A stretch of 64,000 nt of DNA from a bacterium. Its GTDB lineage: Bacteria; UBP15; UBA6099; JAJRTR01. Each line of letters begins with the position of its first letter. Within the stretch, counting starts at the first letter, position 1. This document shows positions 19,743 to 30,042 of the stretch, one piece after another. The stretch is from positions 1-64,000 of the forward strand of contig JAJRTR010000182.1 in NCBI GenBank assembly GCA_024278215.1. Reading direction: 5' to 3'. The notes beneath the pieces were generated by a model. It was not told the origin of the DNA and did not search any database. It worked only from the letters and a program-made list of their open reading frames with translations. The position numbers and the translations under genes are program-made.

Positions 19743-19994
19743 GAGGGTGCGACACAAAAGTGGGTTTTTGCGAAAAGCGGGACAGGTACCCATAAGCGTT
19801 AACTTAAGCGCGAAATGGGGTATTATGGCGAACTATAGCGCACATTTTTTGCACAGTATCGCATAAGAATGCAACAAAATCCACGTTAAGTTAACGCCTA
19901 TGGGACAGGTACCGCAAAAAACAGCGTTACCAGTCCCTGTTTTTCGCACATTAAAAATGTAGTTGTTTTTAACCCACTTTTATGTCGCACACCC
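19743..19994. mobile_element. MITE family C interrupted by MITE D
   Basis: TIR GGGTGTGCGACA(T/C)AAAAG; TAACAATGA repeated on both flanks; uninterrupted copies at 27444 and 34926. Confidence 0.88.
19791..19902. mobile_element. MITE family D (112 bp, IS4-like ends) nested in C
   Basis: TIR CATA(A/G)GCGTTAACTTAA (16/17); perfect 11-bp duplication GGACAGGTACC at 19780-19790 and 19903-19913. Confidence 0.92.
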
Positions 19995-20037
19995 TAACAA
20001 TGATGTAGAGGTAGACACCGATAGTGAGAGCTGCGTT

Positions 20038-21018
20038 ATGTCGGACAGGATAATCAGGAAAGTGTGCATAATCCGGTTGGGCGGGTTCGGCGACATAGTC
20101 GTCTTTGCCGACAGTTTGCGCAACAGAACACGCAACGCTTTCCCCGATGCCGCGATTGATTTCGTGGTAGCGAGCGAGTTTGTTCCGCTGATGGACGGTT
20201 GCGACTTTGTCGACCGCGTAATCGGGCACGACCGCATCGGGGGCCCGGTGGGACTTCTTCCGTTCCTGAAGTTCTGCTCGATGTTGCGAGCCGAAAAATA
20301 CGACCTGCTGATCGACCTGCACGACAACACGCGCAGCAGGCTCATGGGGGCACTCGCGCGACCACGCCGCAGGACATTCGACTTCCCGGACGCGGCGACC
20401 AGTCCGACCGGCGGCACGCGCGGCGATGAAACGCGGCGGTACCGGGGCATAGACTTCCCCGGCGAACGGACTCCGTTGTGGCTCTCGGCCGCCGACAGGG
20501 AATATATCGCGGCGCTCACCGGGGAACTGCGCAGGCCTGTCATAGGCTTTTGCATTGTCGGCTCGTGGGAGACGAAGCGATGGCCGACCCGGCATTTCGC
20601 GGCGCTGGGCGACATGCTCATAAAAAAAATGGACGCCACGATAGTTCTGATCGGCGGGCCTTCCGATAAGATCACTGCTGAAGAAGTCGAGGAAATACTG
20701 CCCGCGGGCAAGGTGGTGAACCTTTCCGGAAAAACATCACTATCGCGTTCGGTAGCCGTCACGCTGATATGTTCCGCAATCGTCAGCAACGACTCCGGGA
20801 TGCTGCACGCCGCCTACCTGTCCGGTGTTCCCCTCGTGGGGCTTTTCGGCTGCACCGATCACACAAAGTTCGGCCACCAGGGGCCGCGTTCGATCCCGCT
20901 CTCCTCGGACTTGCCGTGTTCGCCATGCCACAAACCGGTCTGCCCGCTGGGCACCACGGACTGCATGAACGCGCTGACACCCGAATGTGTCTATTCCGCA
21001 CTGGAAGAACTTTTGTGA
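20038..21018 (+). CDS. GT9 glycosyltransferase (heptosyltransferase-like)
   Basis: IRLGGFGDIV, YDLLIDLH, WETKRWP, SNDSGMLHAA, CSPC....C.....CM. Confidence 0.9.
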   Translation: MSDRIIRKVCIIRLGGFGDIVVFADSLRNRTRNAFPDAAIDFVVASEFVPLMDGCDFVDRVIGHDRIGGPVGLLPFLKFCSMLRAEKYDLLIDLHDNTRSRLMGALARPRRRTFDFPDAATSPTGGTRGDETRRYRGIDFPGERTPLWLSAADREYIAALTGELRRPVIGFCIVGSWETKRWPTRHFAALGDMLIKKMDATIVLIGGPSDKITAEEVEEILPAGKVVNLSGKTSLSRSVAVTLICSAIVSNDSGMLHAAYLSGVPLVGLFGCTDHTKFGHQGPRSIPLSSDLPCSPCHKPVCPLGTTDCMNALTPECVYSALEELL

Positions 21019-21124
21019 AGTGTGGTCTCGTGTGCGGTCGGATTATGGATATTATTCAGAAACCGGCATGTGGATGCAGTATCATTGTTGCTGTTTTCCA
21101 ACGCTATAGAGGATTTTACATTAC

Positions 21125-22291
21125 ATGAGGATCGCCATAGACGTAAGCTCGTTGCGATATAGAAAAACCGGCCTCGAGACCTACACATATTATCTCTTGA
21201 AAGCGCTTTCCAAAATTGCGGTCGATGATGAATTTGTACTGGTAAACAACTCTTTCCGCAGGGGAAAGGCCGCGCCCATCAGCCTTCCGGCATTTGGAGA
21301 CGATTTCAAGTTTGAAGTAAAAAACCCGAAAGTGTCGAAAAAATTGCTGAGGGCCTTGTGGCGCTATTCCCCATACCCGCGTATTGAAACGTTTCTCGGT
21401 AAGCTCGACACCTATCATTCACCGACAATCGACGCGCTTCCGAGCACCGCGGCACGCAAGGTCCTGACCGTGCACGACATTTACCACAGGAAAGGCGACT
21501 TCAACCCGCCCTGGTTTACAAGCGAGCTGATGGAGTTCTTCCCCGCGGAAATCGCAAAGGCCGACGTCGTAATCACAGTCTCGGAATCCACAAAAAGAGA
21601 CATCATCGAGGAATTCGACACCGACCCCGACAAGATCAAATGCGTATATAGTGCGGCCGGCGAGAACATGAGACGCATCACCGACACGGCTGCCGTCGGC
21701 AGGATAAAGAAACAATTTGGAATAAGTCGCGATTACATGCTGTTCCTCGGCGCGCTCGGCAAAGTCAAGAATGTTGTGCGGATCGTCGAAGCATATAATA
21801 TCCTCCGACAAAGACAAAGAGACACGCCGCAACTTGTGCTTGCCGGAGGGAAAGGTTACGGTTTCGAGGAGATCAGGGCGGCGGTTACGGAATCGCCGTA
21901 CAGCGATGATATTATTCTGCCCGGCTATGTCGATGACGCCGCCGCGCCCGTGTTGATGTCGGGCGCGCTGTTTTTCGTGTTTCCGTCACTGTACGAGGGT
22001 TTCGGTATCCCTGTGCTCGAGGCGATGACCTGTGGTGTCCCGGTGCTGACGTCCTCGGTCGCGTCGCTGCCGGAAGTAGCCGGAGACGCGGCCGTAATGG
22101 TTGACCCTTGCAGTGTTGAGGAAATCGCCCATTCGATGGAACTCCTGGCGGAATCACCTGCACTCAGAGCCAAGCTTGTCGGGAAAGGATTTGCACAAAG
22201 CAAGCGTTTCTCATGGGAAAGATGCGCCGCGGAAACGCTTCGGATATACAAACATGATTTTGTAACCTGTTCAGCAGGGAGGAAACAATGA
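21125..22291 (+). CDS. GT4 glycosyltransferase
   Basis: MRIAID, TVHD, FPSLYEGFGIPVLEAM, FSWERCA. Confidence 0.93.
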   Translation: MRIAIDVSSLRYRKTGLETYTYYLLKALSKIAVDDEFVLVNNSFRRGKAAPISLPAFGDDFKFEVKNPKVSKKLLRALWRYSPYPRIETFLGKLDTYHSPTIDALPSTAARKVLTVHDIYHRKGDFNPPWFTSELMEFFPAEIAKADVVITVSESTKRDIIEEFDTDPDKIKCVYSAAGENMRRITDTAAVGRIKKQFGISRDYMLFLGALGKVKNVVRIVEAYNILRQRQRDTPQLVLAGGKGYGFEEIRAAVTESPYSDDIILPGYVDDAAAPVLMSGALFFVFPSLYEGFGIPVLEAMTCGVPVLTSSVASLPEVAGDAAVMVDPCSVEEIAHSMELLAESPALRAKLVGKGFAQSKRFSWERCAAETLRIYKHDFVTCSAGRKQ

Positions 22292-24035
22292 AAGCTTCAA
22301 TAATGATAATGACTGGTGATGCCGGGGGCCGACTGGCGAGAAACTGCCTGAGAGCTGTCAAAAAGAACACACCTCCTGAATTGATCAAGGAGATCATCAT
22401 CGTCGACGCAGGCATCAGTCCCGACTTCAATCACGCTTCGGAAATCAATAAAATACTGAAGATATTCAGCGGTAACGTGTTTGTGCATCTCGACGACGAC
22501 ACAATCGTCGAACCCGGGTGGCTGAAGGCGATGATCGACTGCGCCGAATCGGACGGCAGGATCGGCATCGTCGGCTGCGTGATGAAGAACGGGCGTGGCA
22601 AGATTGTTCATACCGGCAGCACGATAGACCCGGACTTTTACGGTATCGATCTTAATAATCCGATAAATGAGCCCAGAGACCGTAAATATGTTTGCAGCGC
22701 CGTAATGCTCATCAAGCGTGCCCTTGTGGAAGAGATCGGATATTTCGACGAATCGTCTTTCAGAAAATTCTACCAGGATACCGATTATTGCGTGAGAGCA
22801 CACAAGGCGGGTTTCCGTGTCGTCTGCGCGCACAACGCGTCGGCTGTCCACCTTTTCGGGGCCACTGTCAAAAAACGGGCGGACAAAAACGAATTGCATA
22901 AAATGGATCATGAAGCTTTCAGGGCAAAATGGGAGGGTTCCAGCCTGATGCCCTCACTCGACATCATTGAAGTCACTAAACGGGGCGTGACCTACCCTTC
23001 TTTCGCGTGCAACATAAAGTGCGCTTTCTGCTATTACCGCAAAAGCGACAACCGGGAACATAGACCCATCGAGGAAATGAAAGCCGAGATGGACCGCTTC
23101 AGGTCTGAATACGGGCATGATTATGTCGACATCACCGGCGGCGAACCCACTGTTTACAAACACATTACCGAACTGGTTGCTTATTGTCGTCAAATCGGAT
23201 TGCTCCCGACGATTATCACAAACGGACAGAAGCCTCAAATTATTCCGGAACTCATACAAAACGGACTCGAAGACCTGCTCGGCAGCATCCACGGCTACAA
23301 AGAAGACTGCGACGCGGCGATGAATAAGAAGGGCGCGTTCGACACCATCGTCCGCACATTCGAGTCATGCAGGGAACTCGATTTTACTTTCCGCACGAAC
23401 ACAACGCTCCTGAGATACAACTATCGGAACCTTCCACGCCTCGCGGAATTCCTGACGGATATTCGGCCGCGAATCGTCAACTTCATCAATTCAATCCGCA
23501 CTCAGGCACTACCTGGTCGAAAGAGAAACAAATCGAATTCCAGATCGACTTCACTCATCTCTCTCCTTTTGTCAAAGAAGCGATCGATATACTCTCCGAT
23601 GCCGGAATATGGGTAAATGTAAGGTATTATCCGCTGTGCCGGCTTCAGGGATATGAACAACACGTATGCAATTTCCACCAGTGGCAATGGGACCCTTATG
23701 AGTGGGACTACGTTTCCGGCAACATGCTATCGAAAAAGGAAGTCAAGAAAATCAAGAAGAGCGCGAAGGCCGCCGGAATATCGACCGATACCTCCAATGG
23801 AGATATCAGGCAGTGGTATACAAAAAACGTGACCTGCAAGGAGAATCTTTTCATAGAATCGTGCGCCAGGTGCCGCAACCGCCTTATATGTGACGGTATT
23901 TATACGCAATATGCGCGAAATTTCGGGACAGATGAGTTCGAACCGGTCAAGGGTGACACCATTCTCGATCCACTGTATTATAGGAGAAACAACCAGGCCT
24001 GGCGCGTGCTGAAAACAGATTGCAACTGTTCATAG
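22288..24035 (+). pseudogene. GT2 glycosyltransferase-radical SAM fusion, frameshifted at about 23490 (pseudogene or sequencing error)
   Basis: GT2 LDDD and YQDTDYC motifs, then CNIKCAFC and TGGEPT; reading continues in another frame (FNPHSG...CARCRNRLICDG) to 24035. Confidence 0.8.
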
Positions 24036-24089
24036 CGCTGCGAAGAGCATTTCTTCCCCTGGTGAAGTCTCGAAAGAAACGCGGAATCT

Positions 24090-24269
24090 TGTCAACAAAG
24101 AAAAGACGTAAGATGGGTTAGCGTAATAACGATAAAAGGGCGAGGACATCCTGCACCGCCTCGACTTATAACTTGTACAAACCGTTTTCGCGAGAAATAT
24201 GCTCTGGCGCGGTACGGTGACCGCGCTCTACACTCAATACGTAAAAACAAAGTTGACACGACAGCACTA
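24090..24269. mobile_element. Element family E containing REP-pair module F
   Basis: Ends TGTCAAC...GTTGACACGACA; the left ~48 nt also occur at 34856-34904 and, degenerate, at about 40075-40103. Confidence 0.75.
24137..24231 (-). repeat. Module F, GTAG-type REP/REPIN-like
   Basis: Minus strand GTAG-A-GCGCGGT-CACCGT-ACCGCGC hairpin; oppositely oriented copy at about 34907-35128. Confidence 0.7.
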
Positions 24270-24315
24270 TCTTAAAAAGCGATCGGGCGAAAGGCTCCGC
24301 GATGGGAACACGAAA

Positions 24316-25479
24316 ATGAAAATAGCCGTCAATGTCGAAATACTTCGGCGTCAGCTCGTGGGCGTCGCCCGGTATACCTTCCATCTTATATCCGGGCTCT
24401 CCAACCTGCTCGAACCCGATGACAGTCTTCTGCTTGTCAATAACTCATTCAAGCGGGGAAAAGATCGGCAACCGTCTCTGCCTCCGGGACTTTCCAATCA
24501 GTGCGTCTACAAAAATATCATCATTTCCAGAAAACTGCTGATGTTTCTCCAGCAGAAGATAGGCCTGCCACGCATCGAGCACCTGACAGGCCGTTTCGAT
24601 GTATATCATTCCACATGGCTCGACCCGGCGGTCCAGGGCACATCTCCTTTCCCTTCGACAAACGCCGCGCGGGTTATCACTATCCACGATTTGTCCTTCA
24701 ATAAAATCGACAGAAATTATTTCGAGACGGGATTTATCGAGAAAATCGACGCTTACATGCGTAATGGAGCACGGGTGGCGGATGCGATAATCGCCGATTC
24801 CGAGAGCACACGCCGCGATGTTATTGAAATACTCGATGTACCCGCGGATCGAATAACTACAATTCATCTCGCGGTCGACCCGAAGTTTCATCCAATCGCC
24901 GACAGGGAAACTGTGTCCGGAACCTGCGCCCGTTTTTCCGGCGGGATGCCTTTCTTCCTCTATGTCGGAACTCTGACCAGACACAAGAATATCGTAAATG
25001 TCATACGCGCATTCGAAATATTTCAGGCGGGATTTTCCGAAGACTTCCGACTGGTGCTCTGCGGCGGGAACGGATGGCGGCACGAGGAAATTTACGACGC
25101 GGCGCGTGGTTCCGCGCTCCGCGACAATATCATTCTCACCGGTCGGCTGGACGACGACTTGCTGCCGATCCTGATGAACGGCGCGACGGGGTTCGTCTTT
25201 CCCTCTTACTACGAAGGGTTCGGACTGCCCGCGCTGGAGGCCATGGCCTGCGCAACACCGGTCATCGCTAGCAATGTCTCTTCACTTCCGGAGATTGTCG
25301 GCGACGCGGGATTGCTTGTTGAGCCGGATGATATTGAAGCCATTGCCCATGCCATGTTCCGGCTTGCCGATGACGCGCAACTGCGCAGTGAACTCAGCAG
25401 GAGAAGCCTGCGTCGCAGCGCCGGTTTCTCATGGGAACGCTGCGCGTGCGAAACGCTCGCGGTCTATCGTTCATTATGA
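24316..25479 (+). CDS. GT4 glycosyltransferase
   Basis: MKIAVN, TIHDL, FPSYYEGFGLPALEAMA, FSWERCA. Confidence 0.93.
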   Translation: MKIAVNVEILRRQLVGVARYTFHLISGLSNLLEPDDSLLLVNNSFKRGKDRQPSLPPGLSNQCVYKNIIISRKLLMFLQQKIGLPRIEHLTGRFDVYHSTWLDPAVQGTSPFPSTNAARVITIHDLSFNKIDRNYFETGFIEKIDAYMRNGARVADAIIADSESTRRDVIEILDVPADRITTIHLAVDPKFHPIADRETVSGTCARFSGGMPFFLYVGTLTRHKNIVNVIRAFEIFQAGFSEDFRLVLCGGNGWRHEEIYDAARGSALRDNIILTGRLDDDLLPILMNGATGFVFPSYYEGFGLPALEAMACATPVIASNVSSLPEIVGDAGLLVEPDDIEAIAHAMFRLADDAQLRSELSRRSLRRSAGFSWERCACETLAVYRSL

Positions 25480-25547
25480 TTGGTCTGTACGATTCCACCG
25501 TGGATGTTGTGAACGAGTGAAACGACATGTACAATGCTCATGTTCAT

Positions 25548-25579
25548 TTTTCACCCGCATCTGTGAAATATGCGGGTTA
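25548..25579. repeat. Solo end of MITE family B
   Basis: CCCGCATCTGTGAAATATGCGGGTTA. Confidence 0.75.
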
Positions 25580-25703
25580 TAACTTGATGGTATGTCATAA
25601 AAAGTTTATTATGGACTGGAACAGATAGGGTTTATACTCACAATCTCGATATGACCAAAATATTTTCTACTGGAACTGGAACGGGGAAAGGTTTATCAGG
25701 CAG

Positions 25704-26504
25704 ATGATCCCGAAAAAACTTCATTATTGCTGGTTTGAGAGGGACAACTACACGCCGCTTGCTTTGAAGTGCATGGAAAGTTGGAAAAAACACCTGCCGG
25801 AATACGAAGTGATTGCGTGGAACGATGATAATTTTGATGTCAATTGCAACCAGTATGTAAAAGAAGCTTACGAAGCGAAAAAGTGGGCCTTCGTCTCGGA
25901 CTATATAAGATTGTACGCCCTTTACCACCACGGCGGGGTATATATGGACGCCGACCTCGAAGTCCTGAAACCCCTGGACCGTTTTCTTGTCCATTCCGCT
26001 TTTACGGGGTATGAAGACGAAGGCGTCATATTGGCGGCGCTTTTAGGTGCCGAAAAGGGACATCCATGGATAAAAATGCTGCTGGACGACTACGCAGACA
26101 GACGGTTCATCAAGACCGACGGCACTTACGATGAGACGGCAAATGTGATTCCCATAACAGCACGAACCATAGAAAAGTACGGCATAACCCTGAATAACGA
26201 GTTATTGACTTTCGGTGAGGATATCACGTTATACCCCAAAGAGTACTTCTGCCCTATCGACTACAAAACATGGGCTCCGAACATTACGGACAACACATAC
26301 ACGTTCCACCATTTCGCCGCAGGGTGGTGGGATGAAAAGGAGCGAGAAGAGCGGCAGCACAAGTTGCGTTACCGGAACTACTTGAAAGAAAAACGCTACA
26401 AAGAGGCGGCGGAGGAAATGCGAATGGCGTACAGCTACTCGAAGAAGCCGAAGCATCTTTTGATAAGCCTTCTGCTGTCGGCTGTCGGGGCTATAAAAAA
26501 GTGA
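25704..26504 (+). CDS. GT32 (DXD sugar-binding) glycosyltransferase
   Basis: MIPKKLHYCWF, AFVSDYIRL, GGVYMDAD. Confidence 0.92.
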   Translation: MIPKKLHYCWFERDNYTPLALKCMESWKKHLPEYEVIAWNDDNFDVNCNQYVKEAYEAKKWAFVSDYIRLYALYHHGGVYMDADLEVLKPLDRFLVHSAFTGYEDEGVILAALLGAEKGHPWIKMLLDDYADRRFIKTDGTYDETANVIPITARTIEKYGITLNNELLTFGEDITLYPKEYFCPIDYKTWAPNITDNTYTFHHFAAGWWDEKEREERQHKLRYRNYLKEKRYKEAAEEMRMAYSYSKKPKHLLISLLLSAVGAIKK

Positions 26505-26576
26505 CCGGTGTGGCCGGGACGTGCTCGACCGGCATCATCCGGAAAACCGCGCTGTTTTTGGGAGGAACACGTTAAT

Positions 26577-27458
26577 TTGGACACGCGCAACCCCGCAAAC
26601 AAGCCCGGACTGTCTCTCCCGGAACGTCCGAAGATCAGTGTGGTTATTCCTTGCTGCAACTCCGAAAAAACTGTACTCGATGCCGTCGATTCCGTTCTGA
26701 GGCAGAGCGAGCGCGACTTCGAGTTGATCGTTGTGGATGACGGCAGCACCGACAATACCGCGGCGCTTGTAGAGTCACTGGCCGACCCGCGCATAAAACT
26801 CGTCCGGCAGGAAAACAAAGGCGCGGCTGCCGCCCGCAACACCGGCATCAACACCGCGCGCGGCGACTATGTAGCGTTTCTCGATCACGACGACGTGTGG
26901 TTCCCGGCCTTCCTCGAAAGAACCGTCACCCTTCTCGAAAAAGAACGCCGGGCGGTGATGGTCGCCGCTAATCAGTACTGGCAAAAACACCCCGACGAAA
27001 CAGACATGGAAACACTGCACGACTGTGTGGGGTTCGACAACTCAAAAGGCCTGATATTTTTCGAAGATATTATTCAGCGCAACATAATCTCGACATCGGC
27101 GTGCGTGGTGCGCAGGAAAACGCTCTTGCAGCACAGTTGTTTTGACGAGGGGCTCAAAGTGGCTGAAGATTATCATCTCTGGCTGAAAATCGCCGCTTCG
27201 CAAGGTGAGATACTCGTCGTCGCCGAGCCGCTCGGCATTTCCCGCCGATATGTCGACGGCAGCCTTGTAAAAGACAAGCTTCTTATGGCGCGCGACGGGT
27301 TGTTGTGTCTCGATAAATTCCATCAATCACATGGCCACCTTCTTTCCGGTGCCGAGCACAAGGCATTCAGAAAGATGCGGCGCAACACACGGCTTGGATT
27401 GCTTTACAGGGAACTCCGCAAGAAACTGCGTTCTTGTTTATACGGGTGTGCGACATAA
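26577..27458 (+). CDS. GT2 glycosyltransferase; stop codon lies inside MITE C
   Basis: ISVVIP, VVDDGSTD, ARNTG, FLDHDD, AEDYHLW; TTG at 26577 after GGGAGG. Confidence 0.9.
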   Translation: MDTRNPANKPGLSLPERPKISVVIPCCNSEKTVLDAVDSVLRQSERDFELIVVDDGSTDNTAALVESLADPRIKLVRQENKGAAAARNTGINTARGDYVAFLDHDDVWFPAFLERTVTLLEKERRAVMVAANQYWQKHPDETDMETLHDCVGFDNSKGLIFFEDIIQRNIISTSACVVRRKTLLQHSCFDEGLKVAEDYHLWLKIAASQGEILVVAEPLGISRRYVDGSLVKDKLLMARDGLLCLDKFHQSHGHLLSGAEHKAFRKMRRNTRLGLLYRELRKKLRSCLYGCAT

Positions 27459-27571
27459 AAGTGGGTTAAAAACAACCATATTTTTAGTGTGCGAAAAACA
27501 GGGACTGGTAACGCTGTTTTTTGCGTACCTGGCCCGCTTTTCGCAAAAACCCGCTTTTGTGTCGCACACCC
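27444..27571. mobile_element. MITE family C (128 bp, uninterrupted)
   Basis: TIR GGGTGTGCGACA.AAAAG; flanks GTTTATAC / TTTTATAC (7/8). Confidence 0.9.
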
Positions 27572-27583
27572 TTTTATACTGAA

Positions 27584-27762
27584 GAGCCAATTGCAAAATT
27601 CTGATTCGGTTGCGGTCGGCTGCAATTGTCCATAGCTGCGTTGTCGGCACAAAATCATCCTCAACGTACTCTGCGAGTACGCCTGCGGGGATTTTGCACC
27701 TCCGCCTTGCTTCTGAAAAATTTCGTTCGACCTCGCTACGAACATAATTTTGCAATTGGCTC
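27584..27762. mobile_element. MITE family A (179 bp, opposite orientation to 14654)
   Basis: Perfect 17-bp TIR; 4-bp duplication TGAA. Confidence 0.92.
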
Positions 27763-27769
27763 TGAATAT

Positions 27770-27799
27770 TTGACAGTGATCGAGGAATTGTTATATCAT
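27770..27799 (+). promoter_or_regulatory. Candidate sigma70 promoter for the SDR gene
   Basis: TTGACA-N18-TATCAT. Confidence 0.45.
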
Positions 27800-27858
27800 A
27801 GCACTCGGAATACACAGGTCATTTATCAACGAATAAAAATGTGTTAGGGGGAAGTTAT

Positions 27859-28671
27859 ATGTCTATACTTGATGATTTCAAGCTTGATGGTAAAGTGGCA
27901 GTTGTCACTGGCGCGGGACGCGGAATCGGCCAGACGACGGCAGTTTCGTATGCCGAGGGCGGCGCGAAGGTCGTTATCGCGGACCTGGACGCGGACCCGG
28001 CGAACGAAACGCTCGAACTGGTGAAAAAAGCTGGCAGCGACGGGGTCGTGGTCACGGGCAACGTCGCCAAAAAGGACGATTGTGCAAAAATGGTCAAAAC
28101 CGCTCTCGACAAGTTCGGCGGTATCGACATCATGACAAATATCGCGGGCATCACGCGCGACGGCATGCTCCACAAAATGGACGAAGACGCCTGGAATTTC
28201 GTCATTGACATCAACCTGAAAGGGACTTTCCTTTGCAGCCAGGCGGCCATTGCCGCCATGCGCGACCTCGCCAAGGCGGAAGGCAAGGATAAGAAATCCC
28301 GAAAAATCATCAACACCGCTTCCATCGCCGGCATGTCGGGCAACAAGGGCCAGGCAAACTACTCGGCCGCCAAGGCCGGTATCATCGGCATGACGAAATC
28401 TATTGCTAAAGAGGGACTCATGTTCAATATACAGGCCAATGTCGTAGCTCCCGGCTGGGTCGACACACGCCTCACCGCCGAGAAAAAGGAAGGCCAGACC
28501 ATCGGCATCCCCGGCCAGGACCGCCAGCAGACTCTTATGTATATGCAGATCATGGGCATCCGCACAGGCAAACCCATCGACCTCGCGCGCGTGTTCTATT
28601 TCCTCGCGTGCCCGGCTTCCGACTATCTCACCGCGCAGTGCATCAACGTCAGCGGCGGACTGCTGACATGA
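27859..28671 (+). CDS. SDR oxidoreductase, FabG-like
   Basis: TGAGRGIG, NIAGITRD, YSAAK, APGWVDT. Confidence 0.9.
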   Translation: MSILDDFKLDGKVAVVTGAGRGIGQTTAVSYAEGGAKVVIADLDADPANETLELVKKAGSDGVVVTGNVAKKDDCAKMVKTALDKFGGIDIMTNIAGITRDGMLHKMDEDAWNFVIDINLKGTFLCSQAAIAAMRDLAKAEGKDKKSRKIINTASIAGMSGNKGQANYSAAKAGIIGMTKSIAKEGLMFNIQANVVAPGWVDTRLTAEKKEGQTIGIPGQDRQQTLMYMQIMGIRTGKPIDLARVFYFLACPASDYLTAQCINVSGGLLT

Positions 28672-28703
28672 TTACGACGCAATGAAGTATTCAGAATCTT
28701 TCC

Positions 28704-28736
28704 GAAGCCGTCCGGCACATCAACGGGCGGCTTTTC
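28704..28736 (+). terminator. Probable intrinsic terminator
   Basis: AAGCCGTCCG...CGGGCGGCTTTT. Confidence 0.6.
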
Positions 28737-28740
28737 TCAT

Positions 28741-28770
28741 TTGACATTGTGCGCGCCCTTCTGATAGATT
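28741..28770 (+). promoter_or_regulatory. Candidate sigma70 promoter for aroB
   Basis: TTGACA-N18-TAGATT with TG extension. Confidence 0.55.
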
Positions 28771-28801
28771 GCACTCGACTATTGCAAGCAGGTAATAATA
28801 T

Positions 28802-29914
28802 ATGAAAAAGAACAATGCTATAAGATACAAAGTTATTGTCAGGCCCGGCGGCGGGCGCGACTACCCGATCCTCATCGGCAACAATATCATGTCCTCGCTG
28901 AAAAACGCCGTCGCCGGTATATCCACAAACTGCCGCGTACTGCTGGTATCCGACAAAAAAGTGGCGTCGTTCTATCTCGAAGACGCCCGAAAAGGCATCG
29001 CGGGCGCCGGAGCCGACATTCAGACGGAAGTGCTGCCGGCAGGTGAGAAGCAAAAAAATTTCAGGACTTATGCAAAGTTGATAAACAGGCTTGCCGGGAT
29101 GGACGACGCGCGTGACCTCATTGTAGCCGCGCTTGGCGGTGGTGTCGTGGGCGACGCCGCGGGGTTCGCCGCTGCGACATACCGGCGCGGCATCCCGCTG
29201 ATCCAGATTCCAACTACGCTGCTCGCTTGTGTCGACTCGAGCGTCGGCGGCAAGACCGCTATCGACCTGCCGGAAGGTAAAAACCTCGTCGGCGCGTTCC
29301 ATCAGCCGCGCGCCGTGATCGTCGATCTCGACACGCTCGCGACCCTGCCGCCTCGCGAACTACGCGCCGGTATGGCGGAAGTAATAAAATATGGTTTCAT
29401 TATGGACGCGAAATTCACAGCGAAACTCGAGAAGCGGATCGACCGTTTGCTCGGACTCGATTCGACAGAAATGGCCGCCGTTGTCAAGCGTTGCTGCGAG
29501 TTGAAAGCGCGGGTAGTAAAAGCCGACGAGCGCGACACGAAAGGCGCGCGCGCGATTCTCAACTTCGGACACACGTTCGCGCACGCTGTCGAGACTGCCC
29601 GCGGCTACACGAAATACCGCCACGGCGAGGCAGTCGGTGTTGGAATGGTCTGCGCCGCCGAATTGTCCGAACGCGCCGGAATGCTCGACGCGGGCGGCGC
29701 GGCGCGTGTCGAGCGGCTTGTCGATGCCTGCGGCCTGCCCGTGAAGATCGACGGCGCGGCCCCGGGCGAACTCATCGACCTCATGCAGAGGGACAAAAAA
29801 ACGAAAGGCGGCAAACTCCGTTTCGTGCTCCTCGAATCGATCGGCAGCGCAAAACTCGTCGGCGATATACCGGTGCGGCTGGTCTCCGCCGTCCTTAAAA
29901 AGAGATGCGTCTGA
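28802..29914 (+). CDS. aroB: 3-dehydroquinate synthase
   Basis: GGGVVGD, PTTLLACVDSSVGGKT, KNLVGAFHQP, LNFGHTFAHA, HGEAV, DKK. Confidence 0.97.
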   Translation: MKKNNAIRYKVIVRPGGGRDYPILIGNNIMSSLKNAVAGISTNCRVLLVSDKKVASFYLEDARKGIAGAGADIQTEVLPAGEKQKNFRTYAKLINRLAGMDDARDLIVAALGGGVVGDAAGFAAATYRRGIPLIQIPTTLLACVDSSVGGKTAIDLPEGKNLVGAFHQPRAVIVDLDTLATLPPRELRAGMAEVIKYGFIMDAKFTAKLEKRIDRLLGLDSTEMAAVVKRCCELKARVVKADERDTKGARAILNFGHTFAHAVETARGYTKYRHGEAVGVGMVCAAELSERAGMLDAGGAARVERLVDACGLPVKIDGAAPGELIDLMQRDKKTKGGKLRFVLLESIGSAKLVGDIPVRLVSAVLKKRCV

Positions 29915-30042
29915 ACTTCGCATGACGACGCTGTTGATGATAGAATATCACTATGTAAGCTTATATGCAGACCACTCTGCAGATGAACGAAGAACTACGA
30001 AACTAAAAAACAGATATGACAAGCACAACATCGGGGTAAAAT

